Assembly (NCBI GenBank): GCA_963723125.1 | Contig: CAVRPQ010000001.1 | Location: 761,767 to 825,766 of the forward strand | Direction of reading: 5' to 3' | DNA from: an uncultured bacterium | GTDB taxonomy: Bacteria > Verrucomicrobiota > Verrucomicrobiia > Limisphaerales > UBA11358 | Length of the DNA stretch: 64,000 nucleotides | Shown: in pieces, positions 43,309 through 54,151 of the stretch | How the letters are laid out: each line of letters begins with the position of its first letter | Position numbering within the stretch: the stretch's first letter is position 1 | Translations under genes and position numbers: made by a program | Notes under the pieces: model-generated | Told to the model about the DNA's origin: nothing | Databases searched by the model: none | The model's input: the letters and a program-made list of their open reading frames with translations, nothing else

Positions 43309-43354
43309 TGTAGCGTCGGTCTATGACCGGCGACGGCACTGACACAGCGCCGCC
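43309..43354. repeat. TGTAGCGTCGGTCT...-type palindromic unit between convergent genes
   Basis: tgtagcgtcggtctatgaccggcgacggcactgacacagcgccgcc. Homologous to the reverse complement of 63888-63958. Confidence 0.7.
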
Positions 43355-43356
43355 TT

Positions 43357-44304
43357 TCAAGGCGCGCTAACCCCTTCATCCGACTTTAGGTTCTTCAACA
43401 AATTCTGTTTTGGATCAAATTCCACATTACGGTCGTTGGGCGTGGGATTCAGGTAGTAGCTGAACTGCATGAAATCACCGTAAATCTTGCCGTAATGGGC
43501 GCTTACGATATTCCCCCTCTCATCCATTACCGTTCGCACACGAAAGAAATAATTGCGATTGAGGTTTCGATTGGTTTTTATCGGAGTTTTCGGTTTTCTG
43601 TTGTCAAATTGAACCCAATGTGATTGATAGCCATCTGTCGGTGCTTTGTGGGGTGAACGCAAGCTACTTCCTTTTTCAGCGTCCGGCACAGTAAATTCCT
43701 GAATGCCATCGCCAGTTTTTGGGAAGCTCACGGTTAACATGTAGTCGGATTCACCGTTCGTATATTTGTCAAAATGACCCGTAAAAAGAATGTCGGCGTT
43801 GATTCCCTTACCATAAGGCCCGACCCAGTCGCCAGTCGTTAAATCGAAACCAACTGGCTGTTCAAAAACGGGCATCCTCAAATTTACTGACTTTGCATAC
43901 ATCGGGATTGGCTTGCCGATTTTTTTTAAGAGCAAGTCAAAAGTTGGATCCCATGGCTCATAACGCACTTTGGCGTTCATATTGAGGTCATAAAGCTTAG
44001 TGGCAGAATAAAAACCCGATTTAGCCATGTGCAAATACAGTCGAACCCAGGAATGTCCTGTTGCAGTAAAAAGTCCATCGGTATCGGTTTTACCGTCTGA
44101 TCGAACAGCTTCACCAGATGTGCTGGGCTTGATAGACTCAACTTCAGCCTGTGCATCGGATACTGGCTTACCAGATTCGTCTACCGCTCGCAATGTCACC
44201 TTCCATTCTGGCGGTGTTGGCAATGGCAAAGGTGTTTGGGCAGCAAGTGGAACAATGCCAAGTGGAATCGCAGCCGCGATGATAATAATGAATTTGTTTT
44301 TCAT
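43357..44304 (-). CDS. secreted hypothetical protein
   Basis: 315-aa ORF with signal peptide MKNKFIIIIAAAIPLGIVPLAAQ. No family recognised. Confidence 0.6.
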   Translation of the reverse strand: MKNKFIIIIAAAIPLGIVPLAAQTPLPLPTPPEWKVTLRAVDESGKPVSDAQAEVESIKPSTSGEAVRSDGKTDTDGLFTATGHSWVRLYLHMAKSGFYSATKLYDLNMNAKVRYEPWDPTFDLLLKKIGKPIPMYAKSVNLRMPVFEQPVGFDLTTGDWVGPYGKGINADILFTGHFDKYTNGESDYMLTVSFPKTGDGIQEFTVPDAEKGSSLRSPHKAPTDGYQSHWVQFDNRKPKTPIKTNRNLNRNYFFRVRTVMDERGNIVSAHYGKIYGDFMQFSYYLNPTPNDRNVEFDPKQNLLKNLKSDEGVSAP

Positions 44305-45028
44305 AATTATTTTAGGTCTCCAACATTCACAATTTGGTTAAATAACTTGTAATTGTAGGGATATGCCACGTAATCAAAATCCGAATGATGCCATTCCCGA
44401 ATGGGAGAACCTATTGACACTTGGGGACGAGTCGTCGGCCAACCATTTTCAAAACCAGCCTGCATGTCAAAATTTCGGTCAGGCTGGCCTTGGGGAACAA
44501 GCTTATCAACGTGATTTGCTCCCACCGGTAATGTCAGCGCCGGAAACGCATCCGCCAGTAATTGGATGTTTTTGGCTGGGTCGGCAGCAACCGTGCTGCC
44601 TGATTCCGCTTGATACAAGCCCAGAATCCAGCTTGGGGCGGTGAAATATTGAATGTCCGTAGTGACATAAACCTGATCTGGATTATTGGCTTGGTAGGCG
44701 CCCCAGCCGCTATCGAACAGCGGATTAAACTGGCTGCCGTTCAACAAATCAGTGGCGACCGTTCCAATTTCCGACGGTGTCTTGATACGCCTCCCATTAG
44801 GCGACCCCACATACCAGATTGGATATTGCGGAAGGTATCCGTCCATGAAATTGAAGCCCCACCCCCCGTAGTCGCTGCCGATGAAGGCATTCCCTGACAT
44901 AATACCTTTGCATTTCTCCTGCCAGACCCACACAAAAGCGCCTCCTTCACCTTCTAGAAAGGCAAGGATTTGATCGTATAACGCCGAAACCAAAATAGCA
45001 GGCGGCGAACCGGACTGCGTGCGCAGGA

Positions 45029-46501
45029 GGGCGCATCTCAGTTTCTTGCAGGGTTGAATGTGGTGTGAGGGAAGAGCAGGTGCCAGCGGTCGTTGCGCCA
45101 GAATGTTTCCAAACACAATAAGGCTTCATCACCAGCCTGACTCCAGAACTGGCCCGGGCGTTTGAACCGGCATTGGGTCTGCCGGCAGGTCGCCTCCACC
45201 GGACCACTGCCAATCGGTTCGCCCGCTCGCCGCCCGGCCCGGTAATCCATTCGCTGTTGATGGTCGTGGAAGTATTCCAATTCTTTGGCCACCGCCGCGG
45301 TGGCCGGCCCGCCGGGCATTGTGGCCAAGGCCTCTTCCAATTGACGGATCACTTTGAGCGAGGATTCGTTCTTGAGTTGTTGGACCAAGGGTCTGAGCCA
45401 GGCCTTGAGCTTTTCTTTGTCTTCGCCAAAGAGCGCTCGGCCCACAGCGGCCAAGTGTTGTAGGGCATGATAGAAGTCAAGTCGCTGGCGGGCTTGTGGC
45501 CAGCGGTCGTCGGCCAGACGCCAGATCCATACGGCCCCATCACCAATGACCAGCGCGCTGGCGGCTTGGCCCAGGCCGCGGCGCAAGGCTTCGGCGTGCA
45601 GTTGTTCGCGCAAGGCGTCAATGCCCGCACGCGTGGCGACGAAGCCCCGTTGGGTGATGACGGGCCGTCCGCCCGCGGTCTGGCCGCGGTGATCGAGTCG
45701 AAAACAGGTGCCGGTGTAAACCCAATGCCAGCGTTCAGGTTCTTTGCCCTGGCGGCGCAACGCCTCACTCTGGCCCCAGGCATCGCGTTCGCGGATGTTC
45801 CAGGCGTCCAGTTGGAGGATCATCTGGTAGGGTTCGAGGGTCAGTTCAAGTTGGTTCTGGGCGGTGGCGGCTTGCTGATCAAGGTGGGTGCGCAACCGTT
45901 GGGCGCGTTCGCCTTGCCGACGGGCTTCGCGATCCAGTGTGGCGCGGGGCAATTTGACGCCGGTGAGATGTTCCAGCACGGCGCTGGCGTCCTCGATGGG
46001 CATTTTGCTGGCCAAGAGCGCCGCCATGTTTTGCACGGCGGGTGAGTAGCCGGCACTTTCTTCTAACCCCAGGGCGGCGTCGGCGGGCACGCGCCATTTG
46101 CGACAGCGTTTGCAGTAGCCGCGGGTGCGTTTGACGGTGATCGAACCAAAGCGCGACTCGAAGGTGCGTGGCTGGTCAGTGGAAAGGCGGGTGAGGGTTT
46201 GTCCACAGACCGGGCAGACCGGTGGCGTAGCGTCGGCTTTGGCTTGAGCACCACGTTCGATCGTTTGGCCAAGCAGTTCCTGGACATCCCGAACGGCTTG
46301 GACTTCGAGATGGCCGAGGTTTTGATCGCTGGCCAGCACGAGGCGTTGGATCGAATGTTCCAAGGCGCACGCCGCACGGGCGGCCAGCACCGCCAGCGGT
46401 TCGGATGAGGTCCCAGAGGTTATCGTGGAACCCACAGCTTCAAGGCAGGGAGTTGTCATGCCCTGAGCTTACACTACTCTGCAAGAAACTGAGATGCGCC
46501 C
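45029..46501 (-). mobile_element. IS element copy 1 (1473 bp, ISKra4-family-like)
   Basis: 23-bp perfect terminal IRs GGGCGCATCTCAGTTTCTTGCAG. 9-bp TSD TGCGCAGGA at 45020-45028 and 46502-46510. Confidence 0.9.
45038..46459 (-). CDS. IS transposase (473 aa)
   Basis: Protein identical to the ORFs at 48161-49582 and 56959-58380. N-terminal Cys pairs CPVCG...CKRC. Confidence 0.85.
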   Translation of the reverse strand: MTTPCLEAVGSTITSGTSSEPLAVLAARAACALEHSIQRLVLASDQNLGHLEVQAVRDVQELLGQTIERGAQAKADATPPVCPVCGQTLTRLSTDQPRTFESRFGSITVKRTRGYCKRCRKWRVPADAALGLEESAGYSPAVQNMAALLASKMPIEDASAVLEHLTGVKLPRATLDREARRQGERAQRLRTHLDQQAATAQNQLELTLEPYQMILQLDAWNIRERDAWGQSEALRRQGKEPERWHWVYTGTCFRLDHRGQTAGGRPVITQRGFVATRAGIDALREQLHAEALRRGLGQAASALVIGDGAVWIWRLADDRWPQARQRLDFYHALQHLAAVGRALFGEDKEKLKAWLRPLVQQLKNESSLKVIRQLEEALATMPGGPATAAVAKELEYFHDHQQRMDYRAGRRAGEPIGSGPVEATCRQTQCRFKRPGQFWSQAGDEALLCLETFWRNDRWHLLFPHTTFNPARN

Positions 46502-48118
46502 TGCGCAGGACTTCCTCACCGCTTGAATAGAAATTATACACGTCTGCACCATTAAGATTTGAAAAGCGGTCGCGCCAGGTCAATGTGTTACGCGCATCGT
46601 TTGTGGGAAACAGGCTGTGCCATTCGCTCGCCCAAAGCCGGGTGTCGTAACCATTCCAACTCGGATTCATCATATCAGCATCTGTCGCCGCACTGCCGTC
46701 GAGCGCTTCGATTGGCACAGCGGCATCAATCATAAAGTATTTGTTTATTCTCGCGTTGTCGTCATTAAGCGCGCTCAGGACCACCATGTTCCCCAGGCTA
46801 TGCGCTACCACTACTGTACTCCCGGACAAGGTGCCTAAAAAGCCCGCGAGCACAGGCGCAGTTGAAACCGCGTGCATCTCATTAGTATGATAGTTGGGCG
46901 TGGTATAACTGAGCACTTGCGAATCCGCTCCATTCCATGTCACACCATAAAACTTTGCCTTGGAACCAGACCAGTAAAAACGTTTGAACATTTCACTCTC
47001 CACTCCGCGCGCCTGCTGCTGGTTCACATTGTAGCCGTGAATAAAGACGAGATTCTTGCCGTCGGTCTGCGGTTCGTTCGGCGCAGAGGCGCGGCTGGGG
47101 TTGTTGGGATCCACAGTTCCGTTCACGTAGCAGAAGTTTGCGTGCCGGAACATCTGCTCCACGCCACTAATGCTCAGATACAACGGCGTTCCGCCCAACA
47201 ATTTACCGTTATGCCAAATTTCCAGCATCAACGGGTGCGGCGTGGCAGCACAACCTTCCACCAGAATGATTCCCGTGCCGCCGGTGGCCTGTACCTGCGC
47301 CAGCCAGTTTGTGTCCAACGCAGTATCAGGGTTCACCTGGATTGTGTCTGCCGCGTAAGCCGGCTCGTCAGAATTGACACCATAACCGGCAGTCGCCGTT
47401 ACGTTGGCAAGGTAATCAAAAGCGTTGGACGGTGTGAGACTCGTATATATAAACTTCACCGCGCCGCAAAGCGGCCCGCTATCTGCGTCATAAAGGTGAT
47501 ATTCATACCCATCTGTCAGCGGCAATAATTGCAAGGTGTTGCTCAAACACAAGGCTATAGGAAAGAAATTCACCACATCACTGCGTCCTTGCACCTGACT
47601 ATGCGCAAAGTTCGGGTATGCCGATTGTTGAACTGAATTGTAAGCAATTCCGGGAATCTGATCGTCCGCTTCACCCTCGCTGGTTTCATCATCATCATGT
47701 TCCTGCGAATCATTGATCCAAAAGCGGTAAGGGTTGGCAACAGTGGTCTGATCCTGCGCATCAAAAGTGATTTGCCCGTCGCGGTTGTTGTCCACCGCCA
47801 TTTGCAGGCCCAATTCCTTGGACTGCACGTCGAAGTGGTAACTCCCAAAGGCCACTGGCGTCGCATCCACCTCGGCACCTGCCGGCGCCTGTATCACTGT
47901 TTGTCCCCAAATCGAGCCGCCAGCATCCGTGACGGGCATCAACGTTTGGCCCCGGATTTGCAGTGAATTGGGAGGCAACGCTTCAGCGTATCCGCCCGTT
48001 GAGTTCAATCTCCAAGCCCGGGCTTGGACCACATAGGTTACGGTCTTGCCGGCAACAGCCGGATCTGATGTCTGGATCATCACTTTTGATTGGGTATCAG
48101 AGGTGCTCTCCCATTGGG

Positions 48119-49591
48119 GGGCGCATCTCAGTTTCTTGCAGAGTAGTGTAAGCTCAGGGCATGACAACTCCCTGCCTTGAAGCTGTGGGTTCCACGATAA
48201 CCTCTGGGACCTCATCCGAACCGCTGGCGGTGCTGGCCGCCCGTGCGGCGTGCGCCTTGGAACATTCGATCCAACGCCTCGTGCTGGCCAGCGATCAAAA
48301 CCTCGGCCATCTCGAAGTCCAAGCCGTTCGGGATGTCCAGGAACTGCTTGGCCAAACGATCGAACGTGGTGCTCAAGCCAAAGCCGACGCTACGCCACCG
48401 GTCTGCCCGGTCTGTGGACAAACCCTCACCCGCCTTTCCACTGACCAGCCACGCACCTTCGAGTCGCGCTTTGGTTCGATCACCGTCAAACGCACCCGCG
48501 GCTACTGCAAACGCTGTCGCAAATGGCGCGTGCCCGCCGACGCCGCCCTGGGGTTAGAAGAAAGTGCCGGCTACTCACCCGCCGTGCAAAACATGGCGGC
48601 GCTCTTGGCCAGCAAAATGCCCATCGAGGACGCCAGCGCCGTGCTGGAACATCTCACCGGCGTCAAATTGCCCCGCGCCACACTGGATCGCGAAGCCCGT
48701 CGGCAAGGCGAACGCGCCCAACGGTTGCGCACCCACCTTGATCAGCAAGCCGCCACCGCCCAGAACCAACTTGAACTGACCCTCGAACCCTACCAGATGA
48801 TCCTCCAACTGGACGCCTGGAACATCCGCGAACGCGATGCCTGGGGCCAGAGTGAGGCGTTGCGCCGCCAGGGCAAAGAACCTGAACGCTGGCATTGGGT
48901 TTACACCGGCACCTGTTTTCGACTCGATCACCGCGGCCAGACCGCGGGCGGACGGCCCGTCATCACCCAACGGGGCTTCGTCGCCACGCGTGCGGGCATT
49001 GACGCCTTGCGCGAACAACTGCACGCCGAAGCCTTGCGCCGCGGCCTGGGCCAAGCCGCCAGCGCGCTGGTCATTGGTGATGGGGCCGTATGGATCTGGC
49101 GTCTGGCCGACGACCGCTGGCCACAAGCCCGCCAGCGACTTGACTTCTATCATGCCCTACAACACTTGGCCGCTGTGGGCCGAGCGCTCTTTGGCGAAGA
49201 CAAAGAAAAGCTCAAGGCCTGGCTCAGACCCTTGGTCCAACAACTCAAGAACGAATCCTCGCTCAAAGTGATCCGTCAATTGGAAGAGGCCTTGGCCACA
49301 ATGCCCGGCGGGCCGGCCACCGCGGCGGTGGCCAAAGAATTGGAATACTTCCACGACCATCAACAGCGAATGGATTACCGGGCCGGGCGGCGAGCGGGCG
49401 AACCGATTGGCAGTGGTCCGGTGGAGGCGACCTGCCGGCAGACCCAATGCCGGTTCAAACGCCCGGGCCAGTTCTGGAGTCAGGCTGGTGATGAAGCCTT
49501 ATTGTGTTTGGAAACATTCTGGCGCAACGACCGCTGGCACCTGCTCTTCCCTCACACCACATTCAACCCTGCAAGAAACTGAGATGCGCCC
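48119..49591 (+). mobile_element. IS element copy 2
   Basis: Same IRs. 9-bp TSD CCCATTGGG at 48110-48118 and 49592-49600. Confidence 0.9.
48161..49582 (+). CDS. IS transposase (473 aa)
   Basis: Identical translation to the other two copies. Confidence 0.85.
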   Translation: MTTPCLEAVGSTITSGTSSEPLAVLAARAACALEHSIQRLVLASDQNLGHLEVQAVRDVQELLGQTIERGAQAKADATPPVCPVCGQTLTRLSTDQPRTFESRFGSITVKRTRGYCKRCRKWRVPADAALGLEESAGYSPAVQNMAALLASKMPIEDASAVLEHLTGVKLPRATLDREARRQGERAQRLRTHLDQQAATAQNQLELTLEPYQMILQLDAWNIRERDAWGQSEALRRQGKEPERWHWVYTGTCFRLDHRGQTAGGRPVITQRGFVATRAGIDALREQLHAEALRRGLGQAASALVIGDGAVWIWRLADDRWPQARQRLDFYHALQHLAAVGRALFGEDKEKLKAWLRPLVQQLKNESSLKVIRQLEEALATMPGGPATAAVAKELEYFHDHQQRMDYRAGRRAGEPIGSGPVEATCRQTQCRFKRPGQFWSQAGDEALLCLETFWRNDRWHLLFPHTTFNPARN

Positions 49592-52500
49592 CCCATTGGG
49601 GGCCTCCAAAGAAATCCGTTGAGTATTTGTTCAAAATCAAATTCTCTCCGGGAGACAGAACTTGGTCCCATGCCTGATCGTACATAGAAGACCAGCCTGC
49701 TCCCCATGTAGTTGCTCCTGTATAGTAGGCATAACCAACATCACTGCCTCCCGATTGATGAGTCCATTCGACTTCCTCCGCCGCATTTTCAAAAACGGGT
49801 CCAGCAATTCCCTGCGCATTATTATAAAGCCCAAACCACCCATCATACGGCCAACCCCAATCATAAAAAAAGTAGCGGGCCTTGCGCCAAAAAGTCTCCG
49901 TAACGACGGCCGCAGGCTGTGTCTGAATAAAACTTTGCGAAGCAATCAGATTGTTGCCATTGTCATAAACTGCGGCATTAAAGATTGCCTGGCCGGATGA
50001 GTTCACCGGCACATCCGCCGTCCACGTTCCATCGCCTTTGATTGCAGCAGTCTGGCCATTAACAACAATCGCGCCACCGGAATTGCCAATCGAACCGGAA
50101 ATCGTCACGAACGATTGGTTTAACTGGTCGCTGGTCAAAGGGTTTAACGTCAAGCCCACGTCGTTTCTGAATAAGGCGAAATTTGCGGTACTGCTTCCCG
50201 CCACGCCGGTGGTTGTGACTGTTACCGCATTCGTGCCATTGCCAAGCGGCACGTTGTTTGCCCAAACCGCTCCATCCCTGGCGACCGTTCCGGAAACAAT
50301 GTTTGTATTTCCATCGCCATCCGCGACAGAAATCATGACCGTTGCTGTTGGATCGCTCACCGAGCCCTGCAAGATAAAATTGGCACCGCTAATCGCCATC
50401 CCGTCTTGCGGCCAAACCAGAACAAACACTGGTGGATTGGTGTCCATTGAGTAATCAACCGTGAGGCTGAGGTTGGTGGTAAACGGATTACCCGCCAAAT
50501 CGGCTGCACGAAGCGTGAGCACATTCGGTCCGTTGGTGGCCAAAACAATGTCGTAACACTGAAACCAGTTGGTGGTAATTGTCCGCAGATTAGTGTCATA
50601 AAACTGTCCGGTGAAATAACCCTCTTGATTGGTCCAAACGCCGGCGACATTACTAATATCGTAAGTCAAGCTACCTAAAGATTTATTAGCGTACCCTTGC
50701 AACTGAATCATCGGTCGGGCGACCATGCTGGCAACAGGATTGGTAACCACGAGCACCGGGGGCACAGTATCCAAAATAAGCGGCATCCACTGCCATATCG
50801 GTTGAGCGTCCGGCGCAAGGCCTTTCACCCCAACCCATACATTGTAATCGCCATCACCCGAATTCAGAAAGGCAATGATATTTGGACTATATGGCTGCCA
50901 CGCTGCATTGCTGAAGTTAAGAGTGGTGCCGAATGGCTGGTACTTTGCATCGGGCGGATTGGTATTATCAACCATGATGGCCATGAAAACTGGTTCGCCA
51001 CCGATGACATTTATCTGAACCGGCACCGTATTGGTGTTGACGTATCGGTTTGTGGCCGACAGCGAAAAACTGATCACGTTGGGATCCCGGCCGCGTTGGT
51101 AATCAAGCCAGAGAGTGAAGCCATCTCCAACCGGCTGGAATTCCGGGTCCAGCCCTGCGCGCCCAAAATACTTCACCTCCCACCAGTCCGGAATTTGACT
51201 GTCATAAGTGGCAGCGTCGGTTGCGCTGAGAGGATAATCAAAAGTTTGCAGTTCGTCGAAAGCGCCTTCAGCCTGATCGGAGCCGCCCAGATCACTGCCA
51301 ATCCTGAAACCATTGGCCAGTTCATTGGTGCCAGGATAGTAAGTGACCCCGATACCATTGGCCAGCAACTGGCCATCCACATACAAGGCGCTGCTTGCAG
51401 GTGAATAAGTCAGCGCAATCTGATGCCATTCATTTGAGGCCCAGGAGATGTTCGCTGACAAATTTGCCATGCCGCCACCATTAGTGGACGTGCCAAACGA
51501 CAGTTGTGTGCCATCGGGGCTCAAATACAATGCCCACCAGCCGTTGCTGGAACCGGTCAACAGCGTATTGCCCACGGTGTCCAGATTGGTATCTGACAAG
51601 GCCACCGTCCCGAAATATTTCCAAAACCACCAGTCCGGCACGGTGTTGCCGTTTTCCGTCACGCCCGTCCAGTCCGCTGCCCGGATAAACAACGCTTTGG
51701 TCCGGTCCGGAATCGAAACGGTGAAAGGCATGACGGTTGAATTCGTTGGCCACACTTCGCCCGGCTCAATCGTCCAATTCGTTAGCGTCAAATCGGTTTT
51801 GCTCAGTACTTCATAAACCTGGTTGGTCGCATTGTTCAGAATCAAGCTGGCCATCCCATTGGTGATACCGGTGATCTGCAACCACAAAGAGTCGGTTGAA
51901 AAGTTGAAGGCCGGAGCAAACTTGCCTCTGTCATTCTCATCCCCCGCTGGCAAGCTATAGATAATCTGACGAGAAGCCGCGGTTAGCGACTGCACCACTT
52001 CGGCATCATTTACCTTGGTGACAACAGGCAAAGCCGCACCATATTGAACCGGTATCACGGCGTGTTGGGCGTGAAGAAAATGGAGTCCGATAATCAATCC
52101 CGTCACCAGCAACCATCCGGTTGGAAAACTTCTGAATGCTTTCATCGTCTCGTTTCCGCACAAAGCGTTTAGAGCCTTTGTGATGGAACAAAATCGCAAA
52201 AACCCGGCGCCCCGGTTGGGGGCACTGCCGAACACCCGTCACTCGAGAGCCGAGCTACCCCACGATTAGGCAGGAACCTGGCAAGACCTTATGAGAAAAA
52301 TTTGGCGGTTTCCAATCATAACTTGACCAAAGCCGCGCAAATTCAGTTCTACGTTGCTATTAAAACTTCTCGATGACAATCCGTCTTTACGCCGTTCACC
52401 GAAGCTTGCCAAGAAATTTTTAAAAAAATTTCAACCCGTCTTTTGTCGCAGCCAGGGCATTATACGTTCAGCCATTGTTTCGCCGATTCCTGCGGATAGA

Positions 52501-52647
52501 CCAGAACCCGCTCGTGCACCACCCCGATCAGGCCGCATTAATGCGGTCACGCAATTTGGCGCTTTTTATTCGCAAATCGGCGGTTGATAATCGCAGGCTA
52601 TAAACGATGCAAAGGCTATGGTGCCATAACCTCCGCCAAATCCGCTT

Positions 52648-53181
52648 ATGAGACTAAAAACCAATGCCACATTCTTTTTTCTTTGCGCCTTGTTCGTCAC
52701 GGCTTCGACCGCGCGGGCGCAGGTGTATGAGTTTCAATTCATCACCAGCGCGTCCGGCTTCGGCGGCGATCTTTTTTTTAACGCTCCCTCTGGAAGCGGG
52801 CCTGCCGGCGAAGTCCTCTATGGCGACTCCTTTATCACCACTCCTGACGGGACGTTTACGGGGTCCGAGAGCATACCCGGCGGTCCCATTGTCAATCCCC
52901 CGCCTGCGATTGTTTGGAGTCCTGGTGGCATCACCGCCTTGAACCTCAACTTATACGAGTCACTCAACTCCCAGATGTATAATTGGACCGCCACACCCAC
53001 CTCCATTGCCGACTCGCCGGTGGCCGGTATTCCCCTCGATCCCAGCGCCAGCGGCACATGGGAGTACGTTGGTGCCGTCCCTGAACCGGGCGCGATGCTG
53101 CTGACGGCCCTCGGCGTCGCGGCCACGCTTATCTGGCCCATCCGCCATAATTCATTAATTCGAAGAACACGCATCAATTGA
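52648..53181 (+). CDS. PEP-CTERM sorting-domain protein
   Basis: Signal peptide, then C-terminal VPEPGAMLLTALGVAATLIWPIRHNSLIRRTR (PEP motif, TM helix, basic tail). Confidence 0.8.
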   Translation: MRLKTNATFFFLCALFVTASTARAQVYEFQFITSASGFGGDLFFNAPSGSGPAGEVLYGDSFITTPDGTFTGSESIPGGPIVNPPPAIVWSPGGITALNLNLYESLNSQMYNWTATPTSIADSPVAGIPLDPSASGTWEYVGAVPEPGAMLLTALGVAATLIWPIRHNSLIRRTRIN

Positions 53182-53376
53182 GGAGTCATTTGCGGCTGAG
53201 CATTCTTAGGACCAGAAGGTCAAGAGGCGTACGCGGGCAAGTAGTTGTTGGCTGCCTTGAATTTATCTCGCCAGAAGATGACGCCGCCCAGCACGGCGCT
53301 GGAGCCAACTCCGATGAACAGCGTCGCGAGCAGGCTTGCCACCGCGTCTTGAGATTTGGATTTGATTGGCGGCAAT

Positions 53377-53694
53377 TTAACGCCAGTGCGCTTCGACCCA
53401 AACCCGGTGATGCCCGCGCCAACCCCAGCCGCCGTGTACCCACACTGCTCCCGGATGCGGGCGCGCGCCCCAGCGGCCTCCGACCCAGACCCATTGCCCA
53501 CGCCATACCCACTCTCCTGGAATCCAGAACCAAACGTCCGGCGGGCCGGGCGCAACAGGCACGACTTCCGTTTGCGCTGGTGGCGGCGCAGCTACGGCGG
53601 CTGGCTGTTGTTCATAAACCACACAACCGGCCAGCAATGGCAGGCTTGCCGCAGTCAGCAACGATTTTATCAGGTTTGATTTTTTCATAGTCAT
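53377..53694 (-). CDS. YXWGXW-repeat lipoprotein
   Basis: Lipobox LPLLAGC. Trp/Gly-rich repeats WIPGEWVWRGQWVWVGGRWG, VWVHGGWGWRG. Confidence 0.7.
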   Translation of the reverse strand: MTMKKSNLIKSLLTAASLPLLAGCVVYEQQPAAVAAPPPAQTEVVPVAPGPPDVWFWIPGEWVWRGQWVWVGGRWGARPHPGAVWVHGGWGWRGHHRVWVEAHWR

Positions 53695-54151
53695 CGTCTT
53701 GGACGGAGATTGGTGCCAATTCGTTACAAGGAATTACCTTTGGTTGCAACACATTTTCGCTCCTCGCTGATTTGAGGCAGCGCCTTCCGCGTTTTGTTCG
53801 ATACAGCGACGGATTCTCCGACAGCGTTTGGGGTGGTTAACAAACTTCCCGGCGCTCAAACCATCGTGCGGCGTTCATGACCGGAGTTTAACCAACTCGT
53901 GGGACTGTGGCGGTCCAACCCGCTTGGATATGCGACTGTCGGTTCGTATATCAGACAGTCGAAACGCTGATTTCCAACGGTTTGTGAACAGCAGATTGCC
54001 GGGAAAAGACAATTTTGATATACGAACCAGCAGTCGTATAATCACAGTTAGGCTGCAAATGTGTGCCACCCTTGAAATGTAACATTTTCGCCATTGATGT
54101 TTTGCCGGGTTTGTTCTATTCTAATTTCAACAAGCCTTTGTAATTGCCGGA

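Larger units (their letters stand above)
44307..52145 (-). pseudogene. giant secreted protein gene (LamG/Ig-like N-terminal part, alpha/beta-hydrolase-like middle) split by two IS copies
   Basis: The three segments 49592-52145, 46502-48118 and 44307-45028 join in frame once the ISs and one copy of each TSD are removed. That gives 4875 nt, 1625 codons including the stop. Junctions read ..FFGGPQWESTSD.. and ..SSGEEVLRTQSGSPP.. Signal peptide MKAFRSFPTGWLLVTGLIIGLHFLHA. GxSxG-like VVAHSLGNMV. Confidence 0.8.

Noticed and set aside
44307-45116. ORFs 44307-45116(-) and 58302-58880(+) as ordinary intact genes.
   Set aside because: Their first 29 or so codons are IS sequence read out through the inverted repeat. 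They are chimeras of the IS end plus the downstream remainder of an interrupted gene.
45029-49591. IS copies 1 and 2 plus the 1.6-kb segment between them as a composite transposon carrying a hydrolase gene.
   Set aside because: Each IS has its own matching 9-bp duplication, and the enclosed segment is simply the in-frame middle of the interrupted giant gene. These are two independent insertions.
53220-53376. Possible small TM protein downstream of the YXWGXW lipoprotein (..AVASLLATLFIGVGSSAVLGGVIFWRDKF..), plus a 39-nt identical repeat of its TM-coding part (53304-53342 and 55552-55590).
   Set aside because: There is no convincing start codon (only a TTG) and the second copy is not in a credible ORF. 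The repeat is real but too little is there to call genes.
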